Shown here: in pieces, positions 38,401-48,202 of the stretch
How the letters are laid out: each line of letters starts with the position of its first letter
Position numbering within the stretch: the stretch's first letter is position 1
DNA from: Caecitellus pseudoparvulus
Lineage: Eukaryota > Protista > Bigyra: Bicosoecida
Direction of reading: 5' to 3'
Assembly (NCBI GenBank): GCA_965644315.1
Contig: CBFFRQ010000019.1
Span: 124,001 to 188,000 of the forward strand
Length of the DNA: 64,000 bases
The notes under the pieces: model-generated
Told to the model about the DNA's origin: nothing
The model's database searches: none
What the model saw: the letters and a program-made list of their open reading frames with translations, nothing else
Made by a program: the position numbers and the translations under genes

Positions 38401-41400
38401 CTGATGTTCGCCAGCACACTGCGAGCACGGGGCAGTGCGTACATGGACGAGACCCAGTCGCCCATGGAGGCGGGGACCTCGTTGAACCTGAAGTAGTTGC
38501 GCCACGGGGCGTTGCGCGTCATCCACCAGTCCGATGTCGGGCAGTACCCGCCATACTTGAAACGGTCGGGGAGGTTCATGTACGTCCACTTCGAGTAAAC
38601 ACGGTCCGTCCAAGGGAGGGTCACAAACCCCGACTCCCCAGATGTACCCACAGACGTGCCTTCAGTGCTGAACGAGTATGACGTGGAGTCCTTAGACCAT
38701 GTGTCCGGGCCGTACCGCTGAATGCGGCGGGCGTTCCGCGCGTGCCTCACGAAGCGGGGCGGCCCCCCCACCTCCTCATCACTGCGCGCGAGGGCCGCGT
38801 CCACAGCATTGCTCAGCGCAGCTGACGCAGCGAGGCCCTCCGTGACAGCGGCAAGGGCGTTGTTCACCAAGGCCGTCGCGTTCACTGAAATGCCCACATG
38901 CACCCTGTCCGTCACAGTCACGGTGGCAGAGGCGTCCACACCCACAATCCTGCGACTGTCTCCATCAGACGCCCACACACATGCTGCCCCTGAGCCGCCC
39001 GACTCCGCTGACCCCACAGGGTGCATGCAAAGGCTCAGCTGCCCTGCCCACTCCCCTGCGAGGTCCAAACCAAACGCCGATGCCGCAGATGGCAGGTCAT
39101 ACACCTCATCCATCGACCACTCAGCGGTCAGCACGCCATCACGGCTGGCAGAGGGCAAACCCTCCTCCGTACGGCGCTTGCCTGGCTCGCCGAACGCTGA
39201 CCCACTCAGGAATGCAGCGCTGCTGGCGTAGTTCAGCAGCTTCAACATGTTCCATGCGCCGTAGCCATACACCGGAGTGTACTGGCTGGTCAATGTCTGC
39301 TCGTCCCACCCCGACAGCCACTGCACACCCTCGTCAAAGCCCGTCGGCACCATGTTGTCAGGCACGTCAGGCAGGATGGTGGTGTTGTGTGCGTATGGCC
39401 AGGCACACAGCTGCGTGCCGATGAAGCCCGCTGGGCCCGTGCCGGGTGTGTCACGTTCAGTCTGCACCCACCAGTCTCGGCCCGAAGCGGTCAAGCCGAG
39501 GTTCCCCTCCTTGTCGCACACGCGCACAGGCAGCGAGCCGACCGTGAAGGTGTCCAAGACGCCTTGCTCGTCGCTGTAGCTCCACGCCAAGTCGTTGTTG
39601 ATTGCCATGATGGGCTGCACCACCACTGCCAGGTTCCGAACATGCCACAAAGGCAACAACAACGGCGCCACAGGTGTCGCCGCCCGCGCCAGCCGGATGT
39701 CAGAGCTGGACACTGCCACCGCTGCGCTCTGCAACCCCGTCACAGCTGTCGCTCGGAACTCCGCCGACATGCTGGGCGACGCCACTGCATCATATGCATG
39801 CTGTCCACACACGCTCGCCAAGGTCATGTTCACCAGCAGCTCCACTCTGATGATGGGTGTGCCGCGCGGAATGCTCACAGTCACTCCACGCAGCCCGCAG
39901 TCCAACACCGTCGACTCGCTGCCGCCGCCGCCGCCGGACAGTGTGAGGTTGGTGGAAATGCCACTGGCAGGGAACACCACACCGTAGTCACTGGGCCGAC
40001 GGTCATCTGTGTCCAACTCTACCTTCACTGTTGCCAAATCGGGCTGTGTGGCGGGATACGGCGTCTCCACACTCACACTGCGCAGCCCAGCCATCTGCAC
40101 ACGAGGACGTGTGACGCGGCTCAGCGCCCGACCTGCGCCAGCAGGCAGCATATCCTCTGGCAAGGTCGCAGTACTCAACAGTGGGACCCACGCAAGGGAA
40201 GGCAGTGAGCTCACCATCAACACCGCAGGAGACTGTGCCACCCACAGCATCGTGCTCGGGGACCGAAGTGACGCCAACAGGCGCTGCACTGATGCGTGCA
40301 TGCTGGCCTCCACGTCGTCCATCGCGTCCTCTGACGCCTGCGATGCTGCAGGCAGCAGTGCACTCCAGTCCGGCGCATCGTGGGTGTCAGGGCTCAGCAT
40401 GTGCAAGGCAGCCGCGCCAACAGCCTCCAGAGCCGAAGGCTGCACCGCCGCGCGGGCAGCATCACCCATCGACCGTGTCACTGCCACAGCCACGGTGTCC
40501 TTTACCGATGGATCCACCCAATAGATGGATGCATCGACGCTTGCTGGAGCTGTGGGGCCAACCCACGACACTCCGCGCAACTGACAAGCTGCTTCAGCCG
40601 TCGACATGGAAGGGACTGCCTGCTCAGACCCAGCCTCGCGGTCCGCCAACAACAGCATCACGTCAGACTGCACAGTCACAGACACTGCAGGGTGCAGGTC
40701 AAACACGCCGCCAACCATGTCCTGCAGAGCTGGCAACTGTGTGCTGGGCCACGCAAGGGGTTGCCGACCCTGCGAACTTGTCGCGGCAGTGGATGTCCCA
40801 ACGCCCTCCACGACCTCAGACCCGGTACCGCCAGACGACGCAGGCGCAGGTGCGCTGCTGCCTGCGTCGGCATCGCCGTCGTCCATCACCACAGTGACTG
40901 GCGCTGTGCCTCGGGCGCTGCTGGGGTCCAACACGAAGGACACCTCATGCGTACCCACACGAAGGCCCCACAGCCGCAGTGCAACGGAACACACCACCTG
41001 CGCGCCCTGCCCAGCGCCTGCATCACCCAGTGACATCGTCACTGTGCCTGACCATGATGATGTCGGGGACGCCGCAGAGCATGTCCCTGCACCACGCTTC
41101 ACCTCCCCGGCAAGTGCCTCCGCCTGCGCGCCTTCGTGCCGCACGCGGCAACTTGTCGGGCACGCACTCCACGCAACGCCATGCACGTCCAGCGTCAGGG
41201 AAGCGTTCAGCTTCGCCTGCACATGGCCGGGGACGGAGTTCTCTGCTGCCCACGAGCTCACATGCAAGTCCGCTGAGTGCAGCGTTGGGGAGCCAGCTGG
41301 TGCCAAGCCCTGCAGCTCCAGAGCCAGGCCCACCAACCCTGCCAGCACAGGCAGCGCCACCAGGAGCCAGCGGGTGTGACTGCTTGGCTTGGTGGTGGCT

Positions 41401-41477
41401 TGGTTGAGTCTTTGTTTGTCTTTGCGGGTGTTGGCTGGGGTCGGGGGCGCAGGGGCGCCTTGCTGTGGGCTCTCCAT
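35481..41477 (-). CDS. Giant orphan membrane glycoprotein, copy A (1998 aa; intact; distinct stalk and tail)
   Basis: N-terminal signal-anchor WLLVALPVLAGLVGLAL; 11 N-x-S/T sequons; Ser/Pro/Thr stalk; C-terminal TM GGAAGVAVGVVLFVVAIVALGVVG followed by RR. Confidence 0.85.
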   Translation of the reverse strand: MESPQQGAPAPPTPANTRKDKQRLNQATTKPSSHTRWLLVALPVLAGLVGLALELQGLAPAGSPTLHSADLHVSSWAAENSVPGHVQAKLNASLTLDVHGVAWSACPTSCRVRHEGAQAEALAGEVKRGAGTCSAASPTSSWSGTVTMSLGDAGAGQGAQVVCSVALRLWGLRVGTHEVSFVLDPSSARGTAPVTVVMDDGDADAGSSAPAPASSGGTGSEVVEGVGTSTAATSSQGRQPLAWPSTQLPALQDMVGGVFDLHPAVSVTVQSDVMLLLADREAGSEQAVPSMSTAEAACQLRGVSWVGPTAPASVDASIYWVDPSVKDTVAVAVTRSMGDAARAAVQPSALEAVGAAALHMLSPDTHDAPDWSALLPAASQASEDAMDDVEASMHASVQRLLASLRSPSTMLWVAQSPAVLMVSSLPSLAWVPLLSTATLPEDMLPAGAGRALSRVTRPRVQMAGLRSVSVETPYPATQPDLATVKVELDTDDRRPSDYGVVFPASGISTNLTLSGGGGGSESTVLDCGLRGVTVSIPRGTPIIRVELLVNMTLASVCGQHAYDAVASPSMSAEFRATAVTGLQSAAVAVSSSDIRLARAATPVAPLLLPLWHVRNLAVVVQPIMAINNDLAWSYSDEQGVLDTFTVGSLPVRVCDKEGNLGLTASGRDWWVQTERDTPGTGPAGFIGTQLCAWPYAHNTTILPDVPDNMVPTGFDEGVQWLSGWDEQTLTSQYTPVYGYGAWNMLKLLNYASSAAFLSGSAFGEPGKRRTEEGLPSASRDGVLTAEWSMDEVYDLPSAASAFGLDLAGEWAGQLSLCMHPVGSAESGGSGAACVWASDGDSRRIVGVDASATVTVTDRVHVGISVNATALVNNALAAVTEGLAASAALSNAVDAALARSDEEVGGPPRFVRHARNARRIQRYGPDTWSKDSTSYSFSTEGTSVGTSGESGFVTLPWTDRVYSKWTYMNLPDRFKYGGYCPTSDWWMTRNAPWRNYFRFNEVPASMGDWVSSMYALPRARSVLANISLSVDVADVRNGGAVILAVRGEGELDAGGLQEAVSQNGVSVQASDAGGAAEATAEWLWKRVKNSTEPTMPPAAALRLAIQEHLAHAGASDGEVKVLAKQQKYRTPAELPPTVNPFDNMWVPWLAVSGLGPVFDATPLATYIANRRTGNGAALLWPNFHSACIGEYFQKPLCTPSGSVLVAMRGACAPGAMPADCNATGVSFGSMCVGQVVAGGTRDSVSWDAPSKPMVRVDAFKYPVLPLLPYNHLTATLPLRPLLLQASLLLDSTAGAIIVAAGLRGTMQELQAPEVNASSSALYVTAAASPGQSALGLPVVEVQAKMPCDSMSGAGPACPQQVGVSGTVFVPDAGSAMRPLAVGLLPSVSWGIAGSTSVSRKALLQLAREAASRWSRAGALQVEVRVLLPSTQSVTQQPLQLAGELVLGVSDSGAARGQTGVSLLPNVSVGGASVLELWTQGGAPVNVGAATHGQSRVGTFPASGLPGDVQAWVKWLSYGSMLASAQVRVDGDSFPLLRGVHVAELPGSPALREAKSLLCGFAGSVWGRAGGVCDRVVSAVTDALGDDDEGLVLYPNRQAVDDSASMTSGTTSTSTIGSVPGVTFRSSHWVAKVPGVELPSLSGSGLGLPWAGGVQVAPAACAEAASCLSWLTPGATTVWSLLPYVQVRLTEEACSPAAPQAYLQTIRDTLQAWYTGAGQGVPLSERVLHSACGGGRSACMVLRGRASKVQYVLTERLGSPVWRGTCRMRVEVGPANASQSVAVGGDAPCGVEVEHGAWLDCLARVEGGDGDGVVTGGVGVTDMMGTVPAPLPSASPSASPSVSPSASPSASASVVVSPYATPSVTASVTATASVSPSVSPSVSAAISPSSSPVILPSASTTPSIAPSSLPSFGTSTASPTASGGPQGAGGGGSSSSTSGGLSAGGAAGVAVGVVLFVVAIVALGVVGRRMGWFGTKPEVEAVQTTKVPLATVVSPLRGGR

Positions 41478-41877
41478 GGTCCGGGTGCAAAGTTCGGAAC
41501 TTCACTTGCTGCAAAGGAGAGGAGATGGGGATAGCAGCCTGTCCCTTAGTCAGAGAGTTGAGAATGGTCCAAGGAGATATGTTGGACCAGAAGAAGTATC
41601 GTGAATTGGTATTGTCTTGACGAATGCTTTTATTTCGAGGGAGTGGTTGCCAGGGAGAATTACTTGCGCCGCTCGATCTTTTCCCTGACAAGGCTCAAGC
41701 TGTACCTGGCACTCGGAAGGAACTGAAACAGGCACCGCTAAAGGCACACACCTCAAGAATCCTCAAGGACACGTACACTTTTAGCTAGGGAACCTCAGCT
41801 AGATCAGCTGCATAGAGCAGCACTTCCTTGTTGTACAAGAAAAGACCACGCCGCTTTGCACGCACTGCATTGAAGGC

Positions 41878-44800
41878 TCAAACTCTTTGAAGAGGGGACA
41901 CCACTGTTGTGGTTGGAGCACCTGAGCTGGCTTTCACTGCCTCCACCTCTGGCTTGGTCCCAAACCAACCCATACGCCGCCCCACCACACCCAAAGCCAC
42001 GATTGCCACCACAAACAGCACCACTCCAACAGCCACACCGGCGGCACCTCCAGCACTCAGCCCTCCGGACGTGGAGCTAGACGACCCACCCCCTCCTGCA
42101 CCTTGCGGACGGCCTGAAGCAGCTGGCGACGCAACTGTGCTTGGAGCACTGCTTGACGTTGCTCGTGGAGGGAGAGGCTGCACAGATGATGATGCTGATG
42201 CTGACGGGGACACGGCAACAGGTGGCGATGCGGACTGTGATGGAGACACAGAGGGTGATGCAGATACAGATGCAGTTGGAGACACAGAGGGTGACGCCGA
42301 TGGCGACGCTGACGGCAACGGCGCCGGCACCGTCCCCATCACATCAGTCACTCCCACGCCCCCTGTCACGACTCCGTCCCCATCACCACCCTCCACACGC
42401 GCAAGACAATCCAACCACGCCCCATGCTCCACCTCAACACCGCATGGAGCGTCGCCCCCAACTGCCACAGACTGAGACGCGTTCGCAGGGCCCACCTCCA
42501 CACGCATGCGGCACGTGCCACGCCAGACGGGCGACCCCAGACGCTCCGTCAAGACATACTGCACCTTCGACGCTCGGCCCCGCAGCACCATACACGCAGA
42601 CCTGCCGCCTCCACATGCACTGTGCAGCACCCGCTCAGACAATGGCACACCCTGGCCAGCGCCTGTGTACCAGGCCTGCAGCGTGTCCCTGATGGTCTGC
42701 AGGTACGCTTGTGGCGCGGCCGGGCTGCACGCCTCCTCCGTCAAGCGCACCTGCACGTACGGCAAGAGCGACCACACAGTGGTGGCACCAGGCGTCAACC
42801 AGCTCAAACAAGACGCCGCCTCCGCACATGCTGCCGGCGCGACCTGCACACCCCCCGCCCACGGCAAGCCCAACCCACTCCCCGACAGGGACGGCAGCTC
42901 CACACCTGGCACCTTGGCCACCCAGTGACTGGAGCGGAAGGTCACCCCCGGCACACTGCCGATCGTGCTCGTAGATGTCGTGCCGCTCGTCATGCTCGCG
43001 CTGTCGTCCACAGCCTGCCTGTTGGGGTACAGCACGAGGCCCTCGTCGTCGTCGCCCAGGGCGTCCGTCACAGCAGACACCACCCGGTCGCAAACGCCCC
43101 CAGCCCGACCCCACACAGAGCCAGCAAACCCGCACAGCAGCGACTTCGCCTCCCGCAGCGCAGGGCTTCCCGGCAGCTCCGCCACATGCACACCTCGCAA
43201 CAAGGGGAAGCTGTCGCCGTCCACTCGCACCTGCGCCGACGCCAACATGCTCCCGTACGACAACCACTTCACCCACGCCTGCACATCGCCAGGCAGCCCA
43301 GATGCTGGAAACGTACCCACACGACTCTGGCCATGTGTAGCTGCTCCAACGTTCACCGGCGCCCCCCCCTGCGTCCACAGCTCAAGCACAGACGCCCCCC
43401 CGACGCTGACGTTGGGCAGCAGCGACACACCAGTCTGGCCGCGGGCTGCACCCGAGTCCGACACTCCCAGCACGAGCTCCCCTGCGAGCTGCAGCGGCTG
43501 CTGCGTCACAGACTGTGTGCTGGGCAACAGCACCCGCACCTCCACTTGCAACGCGCCCGCTCGACTCCACCTCGACGCAGCCTCCCGTGCAAGCTGCAAC
43601 AAGGCCTTGCGCGACACGCTGGTGGAGCCTGCGATGCCCCAGCTCACGCTCGGCAGCAGGCCCACCGCCAACGGACGCATCGCAGACCCTGCATCAGGCA
43701 CGAACACCGTCCCACTCACGCCCACTTGCTGCGGACACGCTGGCCCTGCCCCCGACATGCTGTCACATGGCATCTTCGCCTGCACCTCCACCACCGGTAA
43801 ACCCAAGGCACTCTGCCCCGGGCTCGCTGCCGCTGTCACGTACAGTGCGCTGGAGCTCGCATTCACCTCCGGCGCTTGCAACTCCTGCATGGTGCCTCGC
43901 AGCCCCGCCGCAACGATGATCGCGCCAGCGGTGCTGTCCAGCAGCAAACTCGCCTGCAGCAGCAGTGGCCGCAGTGGCAGCGTGGCAGTCAGGTGGTTGT
44001 ATGGCAGCAGCGGCAGCACAGGGTACTTGAACGCGTCCACACGCACCATGGGCTTCGACGGCGCGTCCCACGACACCGAATCGCGTGTGCCGCCTGCCAC
44101 CACCTGCCCAACACACATGGAGCCAAACGACACGCCGGTCGCGTTACAGTCCGCCGGCATGGCGCCAGGTGCACAGGCGCCCCGCATGGCCACCAAGACA
44201 GACCCCGATGGCGTGCACAATGGCTTCTGGAAGTACTCGCCGATGCAAGCGCTGTGGAAGTTGGGCCACAACAACGCTGCGCCGTTGCCTGTCCGGCGGT
44301 TGGCGATGTACGTTGCCAGTGGAGTCGCGTCAAACACCGGCCCCAGACCAGACACAGCCAGCCACGGCACCCACATGTTGTCAAAAGGGTTCACCGTTGG
44401 TGGCAGCTCCGCGGGCGTGCGGTACTTCTGCTGCTTCGCAAGCACCTTCACCTCACCGTCACTGGCGCCTGCATGTGCCAAGTGCTCCTGAATCGCCAAC
44501 CGCAACGCAGCTGCAGGCGGCATCGTCGGCTCTGTGGAATTCTTCACGCGCTTCCACAGCCACTCGGCAGTGGCTTCTGCAGCGCCACCAGCATCGGACG
44601 CCTGCACCGACACGCCGTTCTGCGACACCGCCTCCTGCAAACCGCCCGCATCCAACTCGCCCTCACCACGCACGGCCAGGATCACAGCGCCACCATTCCG
44701 CACATCCGCCACATCAACACTCAGGCTGATGTTCGCCAGCACACTGCGAGCACGGGGCAGTGCGTACATGGACGAGACCCAGTCGCCCATGGAGGCGGGG

Positions 44801-47800
44801 ACCTCGTTGAACCTGAAGTAGTTGCGCCACGGGGCGTTGCGCGTCATCCACCAGTCCGATGTCGGGCAGTACCCGCCATACTTGAAACGGTCGGGGAGGT
44901 TCATGTACGTCCACTTCGAGTAAACACGGTCCGTCCAAGGGAGGGTCACAAACCCCGACTCCCCAGATGTACCCACAGACGTGCCTTCAGTGCTGAACGA
45001 GTATGACGTGGAGTCCTTAGACCATGTGTCCGGGCCGTACCGCTGAATGCGGCGGGCGTTCCGCGCGTGCCTCACGAAGCGGGGCGGCCCCCCCACCTCC
45101 TCATCACTGCGCGCGAGGGCCGCGTCCACAGCATTGCTCAGCGCAGCTGACGCAGCGAGGCCCTCCGTGACAGCGGCAAGGGCGTTGTTCACCAAGGCCG
45201 TCGCGTTCACTGAAATGCCCACATGCACCCTGTCCGTCACAGTCACGGTGGCAGAGGCGTCCACACCCACAATCCTGCGACTGTCTCCATCAGACGCCCA
45301 CACACATGCTGCCCCTGAGCCGCCCGACTCCGCTGACCCCACAGGGTGCATGCAAAGGCTCAGCTGCCCTGCCCACTCCCCTGCGAGGTCCAAACCAAAC
45401 GCCGATGCCGCAGATGGCAGGTCATACACCTCATCCATCGACCACTCAGCGGTCAGCACGCCATCACGGCTGGCAGAGGGCAAACCCTCCTCCGTACGGC
45501 GCTTGCCTGGCTCGCCGAACGCTGACCCACTCAGGAATGCAGCGCTGCTGGCGTAGTTCAGCAGCTTCAACATGTTCCATGCGCCGTAGCCATACACCGG
45601 AGTGTACTGGCTGGTCAATGTCTGCTCGTCCCACCCCGACAGCCACTGCACACCCTCGTCAAAGCCCGTCGGCACCATGTTGTCAGGCACGTCAGGCAGG
45701 ATGGTGGTGTTGTGTGCGTATGGCCAGGCACACAGCTGCGTGCCGATGAAGCTCGCTGGGCCCGTGCCGGGTGTGTCACGTTCAGTCTGCACCCACCAGT
45801 CTCGGCCCGAAGCGGTCAAGCCGAGGTTCCCCTCCTTGTCGCACACGCGCACAGGCAGCGAGCCGACCGTGAAGGTGTCCAAGACGCCTTGCTCGTCGCT
45901 GTAGCTCCACGCCAAGTCGTTGTTGATTGCCATGATGGGCTGCACCACCACTGCCAGGTTCCGAACATGCCACAAAGGCAACAACAACGGCGCCACAGGT
46001 GTCGCCGCCCGCGCCAGCCGGATGTCAGAGCTGGACACTGCCACCGCTGCGCTCTGCAACCCCGTCACAGCTGTCGCTCGGAACTCCGCCGACATGCTGG
46101 GCGACGCCACTGCATCATATGCATGCTGTCCACACACGCTCGCCAAGGTCATGTTCACCAGCAGCTCCACTCTGATGATGGGTGTGCCGCGCGGAATGCT
46201 CACAGTCACTCCACGCAGCCCGCAGTCCAACACCGTCGACTCGCTGCCGCCGCCGCCGCCGGACAGTGTGAGGTTGGTGGAAATGCCACTGGCAGGGAAC
46301 ACCACACCGTAGTCACTGGGCCGACGGTCATCTGTGTCCAACTCTACCTTCACTGTTGCCAAATCGGGCTGTGTGGCGGGATACGGCGTCTCCACACTCA
46401 CACTGCGCAGCCCAGCCATCTGCACACGAGGACGTGTGACGCGGCTCAGCGCCCGACCTGCGCCAGCAGGCAGCATATCCTCTGGCAAGGTCGCAGTACT
46501 CAACAGTGGGACCCACGCAAGGGAAGGCAGTGAGCTCACCATCAACACCGCAGGAGACTGTGCCACCCACAGCATCGTGCTCGGGGACCGAAGTGACGCC
46601 AACAGGCGCTGCACTGATGCGTGCATGCTGGCCTCCACGTCGTCCATCGCGTCCTCTGACGCCTGCGATGCTGCAGGCAGCAGTGCACTCCAGTCCGGCG
46701 CATCGTGGGTGTCAGGGCTCAGCATGTGCAAGGCAGCCGCGCCAACAGCCTCCAGAGCCGAAGGCTGCACCGCCGCGCGGGCAGCATCACCCATCGACCG
46801 TGTCACTGCCACAGCCACGGTGTCCTTTACCGATGGATCCACCCAATAGATGGATGCATCGACGCTTGCTGGAGCTGTGGGGCCAACCCACGACACTCCG
46901 CGCAACTGACAAGCTGCTTCAGCCGTCGACATGGAAGGGACTGCCTGCTCAGACCCAGCCTCGCGGTCCGCCAACAACAGCATCACGTCAGACTGCACAG
47001 TCACAGACACTGCAGGGTGCAGGTCAAACACGCCGCCAACCATGTCCTGCAGAGCTGGCAACTGTGTGCTGGGCCACGCAAGGGGTTGCCGACCCTGCGA
47101 ACTTGTCGCGGCAGTGGATGTCCCAACGCCCTCCACGACCTCAGACCCGGTACCGCCAGACGACGCAGGCGCAGGTGCGCTGCTGCCTGCGTCGGCATCG
47201 CCGTCGTCCATCACCACAGTGACTGGCGCTGTGCCTCGGGCGCTGCTGGGGTCCAACACGAAGGACACCTCATGCGTACCCACACGAAGGCCCCACAGCC
47301 GCAGTGCAACGGAACACACCACCTGCGCGCCCTGCCCAGCGCCTGCATCACCCAGTGACATCGTCACTGTGCCTGACCATGATGATGTCGGGGACGCCGC
47401 AGAGCATGTCCCTGCACCACGCTTCACCTCCCCGGCAAGTGCCTCCGCCTGCGCGCCTTCGTGCCGCACGCGGCAACTTGTCGGGCACGCACTCCACGCA
47501 ACGCCATGCACGTCCAGCGTCAGGGAAGCGTTCAGCTTCGCCTGCACATGGCCGGGGACGGAGTTCTCTGCTGCCCACGAGCTCACATGCAAGTCCGCTG
47601 AGTGCAGCGTTGGGGAGCCAGCTGGTGCCAAGCCCTGCAGCTCCAGAGCCAGGCCCACCAACCCTGCCAGCACAGGCAGCGCCACCAGGAGCCAGCGGGT
47701 GTGACTGCTTGGCTTGGTGGTGGCTTGGTTGAGTCTTTGTTTGTCTTTGCGGGTGTTGGCTGGGGTCGGGGGCGCAGGGGCGCCTTGCTGTGGGCTCTCC

Positions 47801-47802
47801 AT
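41878..47802 (-). CDS. Giant orphan membrane glycoprotein, copy B (1974 aa; intact)
   Basis: Continuous ORF near-identical to copy A except for the stalk and the tail (..TTTVVSPLQRV). Confidence 0.85.
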   Translation of the reverse strand: MESPQQGAPAPPTPANTRKDKQRLNQATTKPSSHTRWLLVALPVLAGLVGLALELQGLAPAGSPTLHSADLHVSSWAAENSVPGHVQAKLNASLTLDVHGVAWSACPTSCRVRHEGAQAEALAGEVKRGAGTCSAASPTSSWSGTVTMSLGDAGAGQGAQVVCSVALRLWGLRVGTHEVSFVLDPSSARGTAPVTVVMDDGDADAGSSAPAPASSGGTGSEVVEGVGTSTAATSSQGRQPLAWPSTQLPALQDMVGGVFDLHPAVSVTVQSDVMLLLADREAGSEQAVPSMSTAEAACQLRGVSWVGPTAPASVDASIYWVDPSVKDTVAVAVTRSMGDAARAAVQPSALEAVGAAALHMLSPDTHDAPDWSALLPAASQASEDAMDDVEASMHASVQRLLASLRSPSTMLWVAQSPAVLMVSSLPSLAWVPLLSTATLPEDMLPAGAGRALSRVTRPRVQMAGLRSVSVETPYPATQPDLATVKVELDTDDRRPSDYGVVFPASGISTNLTLSGGGGGSESTVLDCGLRGVTVSIPRGTPIIRVELLVNMTLASVCGQHAYDAVASPSMSAEFRATAVTGLQSAAVAVSSSDIRLARAATPVAPLLLPLWHVRNLAVVVQPIMAINNDLAWSYSDEQGVLDTFTVGSLPVRVCDKEGNLGLTASGRDWWVQTERDTPGTGPASFIGTQLCAWPYAHNTTILPDVPDNMVPTGFDEGVQWLSGWDEQTLTSQYTPVYGYGAWNMLKLLNYASSAAFLSGSAFGEPGKRRTEEGLPSASRDGVLTAEWSMDEVYDLPSAASAFGLDLAGEWAGQLSLCMHPVGSAESGGSGAACVWASDGDSRRIVGVDASATVTVTDRVHVGISVNATALVNNALAAVTEGLAASAALSNAVDAALARSDEEVGGPPRFVRHARNARRIQRYGPDTWSKDSTSYSFSTEGTSVGTSGESGFVTLPWTDRVYSKWTYMNLPDRFKYGGYCPTSDWWMTRNAPWRNYFRFNEVPASMGDWVSSMYALPRARSVLANISLSVDVADVRNGGAVILAVRGEGELDAGGLQEAVSQNGVSVQASDAGGAAEATAEWLWKRVKNSTEPTMPPAAALRLAIQEHLAHAGASDGEVKVLAKQQKYRTPAELPPTVNPFDNMWVPWLAVSGLGPVFDATPLATYIANRRTGNGAALLWPNFHSACIGEYFQKPLCTPSGSVLVAMRGACAPGAMPADCNATGVSFGSMCVGQVVAGGTRDSVSWDAPSKPMVRVDAFKYPVLPLLPYNHLTATLPLRPLLLQASLLLDSTAGAIIVAAGLRGTMQELQAPEVNASSSALYVTAAASPGQSALGLPVVEVQAKMPCDSMSGAGPACPQQVGVSGTVFVPDAGSAMRPLAVGLLPSVSWGIAGSTSVSRKALLQLAREAASRWSRAGALQVEVRVLLPSTQSVTQQPLQLAGELVLGVSDSGAARGQTGVSLLPNVSVGGASVLELWTQGGAPVNVGAATHGQSRVGTFPASGLPGDVQAWVKWLSYGSMLASAQVRVDGDSFPLLRGVHVAELPGSPALREAKSLLCGFAGSVWGRAGGVCDRVVSAVTDALGDDDEGLVLYPNRQAVDDSASMTSGTTSTSTIGSVPGVTFRSSHWVAKVPGVELPSLSGSGLGLPWAGGVQVAPAACAEAASCLSWLTPGATTVWSLLPYVQVRLTEEACSPAAPQAYLQTIRDTLQAWYTGAGQGVPLSERVLHSACGGGRSACMVLRGRASKVQYVLTERLGSPVWRGTCRMRVEVGPANASQSVAVGGDAPCGVEVEHGAWLDCLARVEGGDGDGVVTGGVGVTDVMGTVPAPLPSASPSASPSVSPTASVSASPSVSPSQSASPPVAVSPSASASSSVQPLPPRATSSSAPSTVASPAASGRPQGAGGGGSSSSTSGGLSAGGAAGVAVGVVLFVVAIVALGVVGRRMGWFGTKPEVEAVKASSGAPTTTVVSPLQRV

Positions 47803-48202
47803 GGTCCGGGTGCAAAGTTCGGAACTTCACTTGCTGCAAAGGAGAGGAGATGGGGATAGCAGCCTGTCCCTTAGTCAGAGAGTTGAGAATGGTCCAAGGA
47901 GATATGTTGGACCAGAAGAAGTATCGTGAATTGGTATTGTCTTGACGAATGCTTTTATTTCGAGGGAGTGGTTGCCAGGGAGAATTACTTGCGCCGCTCG
48001 ATCTTTTCCCTGACAAGGCTCAAGCTGTACCTGGCACTCGGAAGGAACTGAAACAGGCACCGCTAAAGGCACACACCTCAAGAATCCTCAAGGACACGTA
48101 CACTTTTAGCTAGGGAACCTCAGCTAGATCAGCTGCATAGAGCAGCACTTCCTTGTTGTACAAGAAAAGACCACGCCGCTTTGCACGCACTGCATTGAAG
48201 GC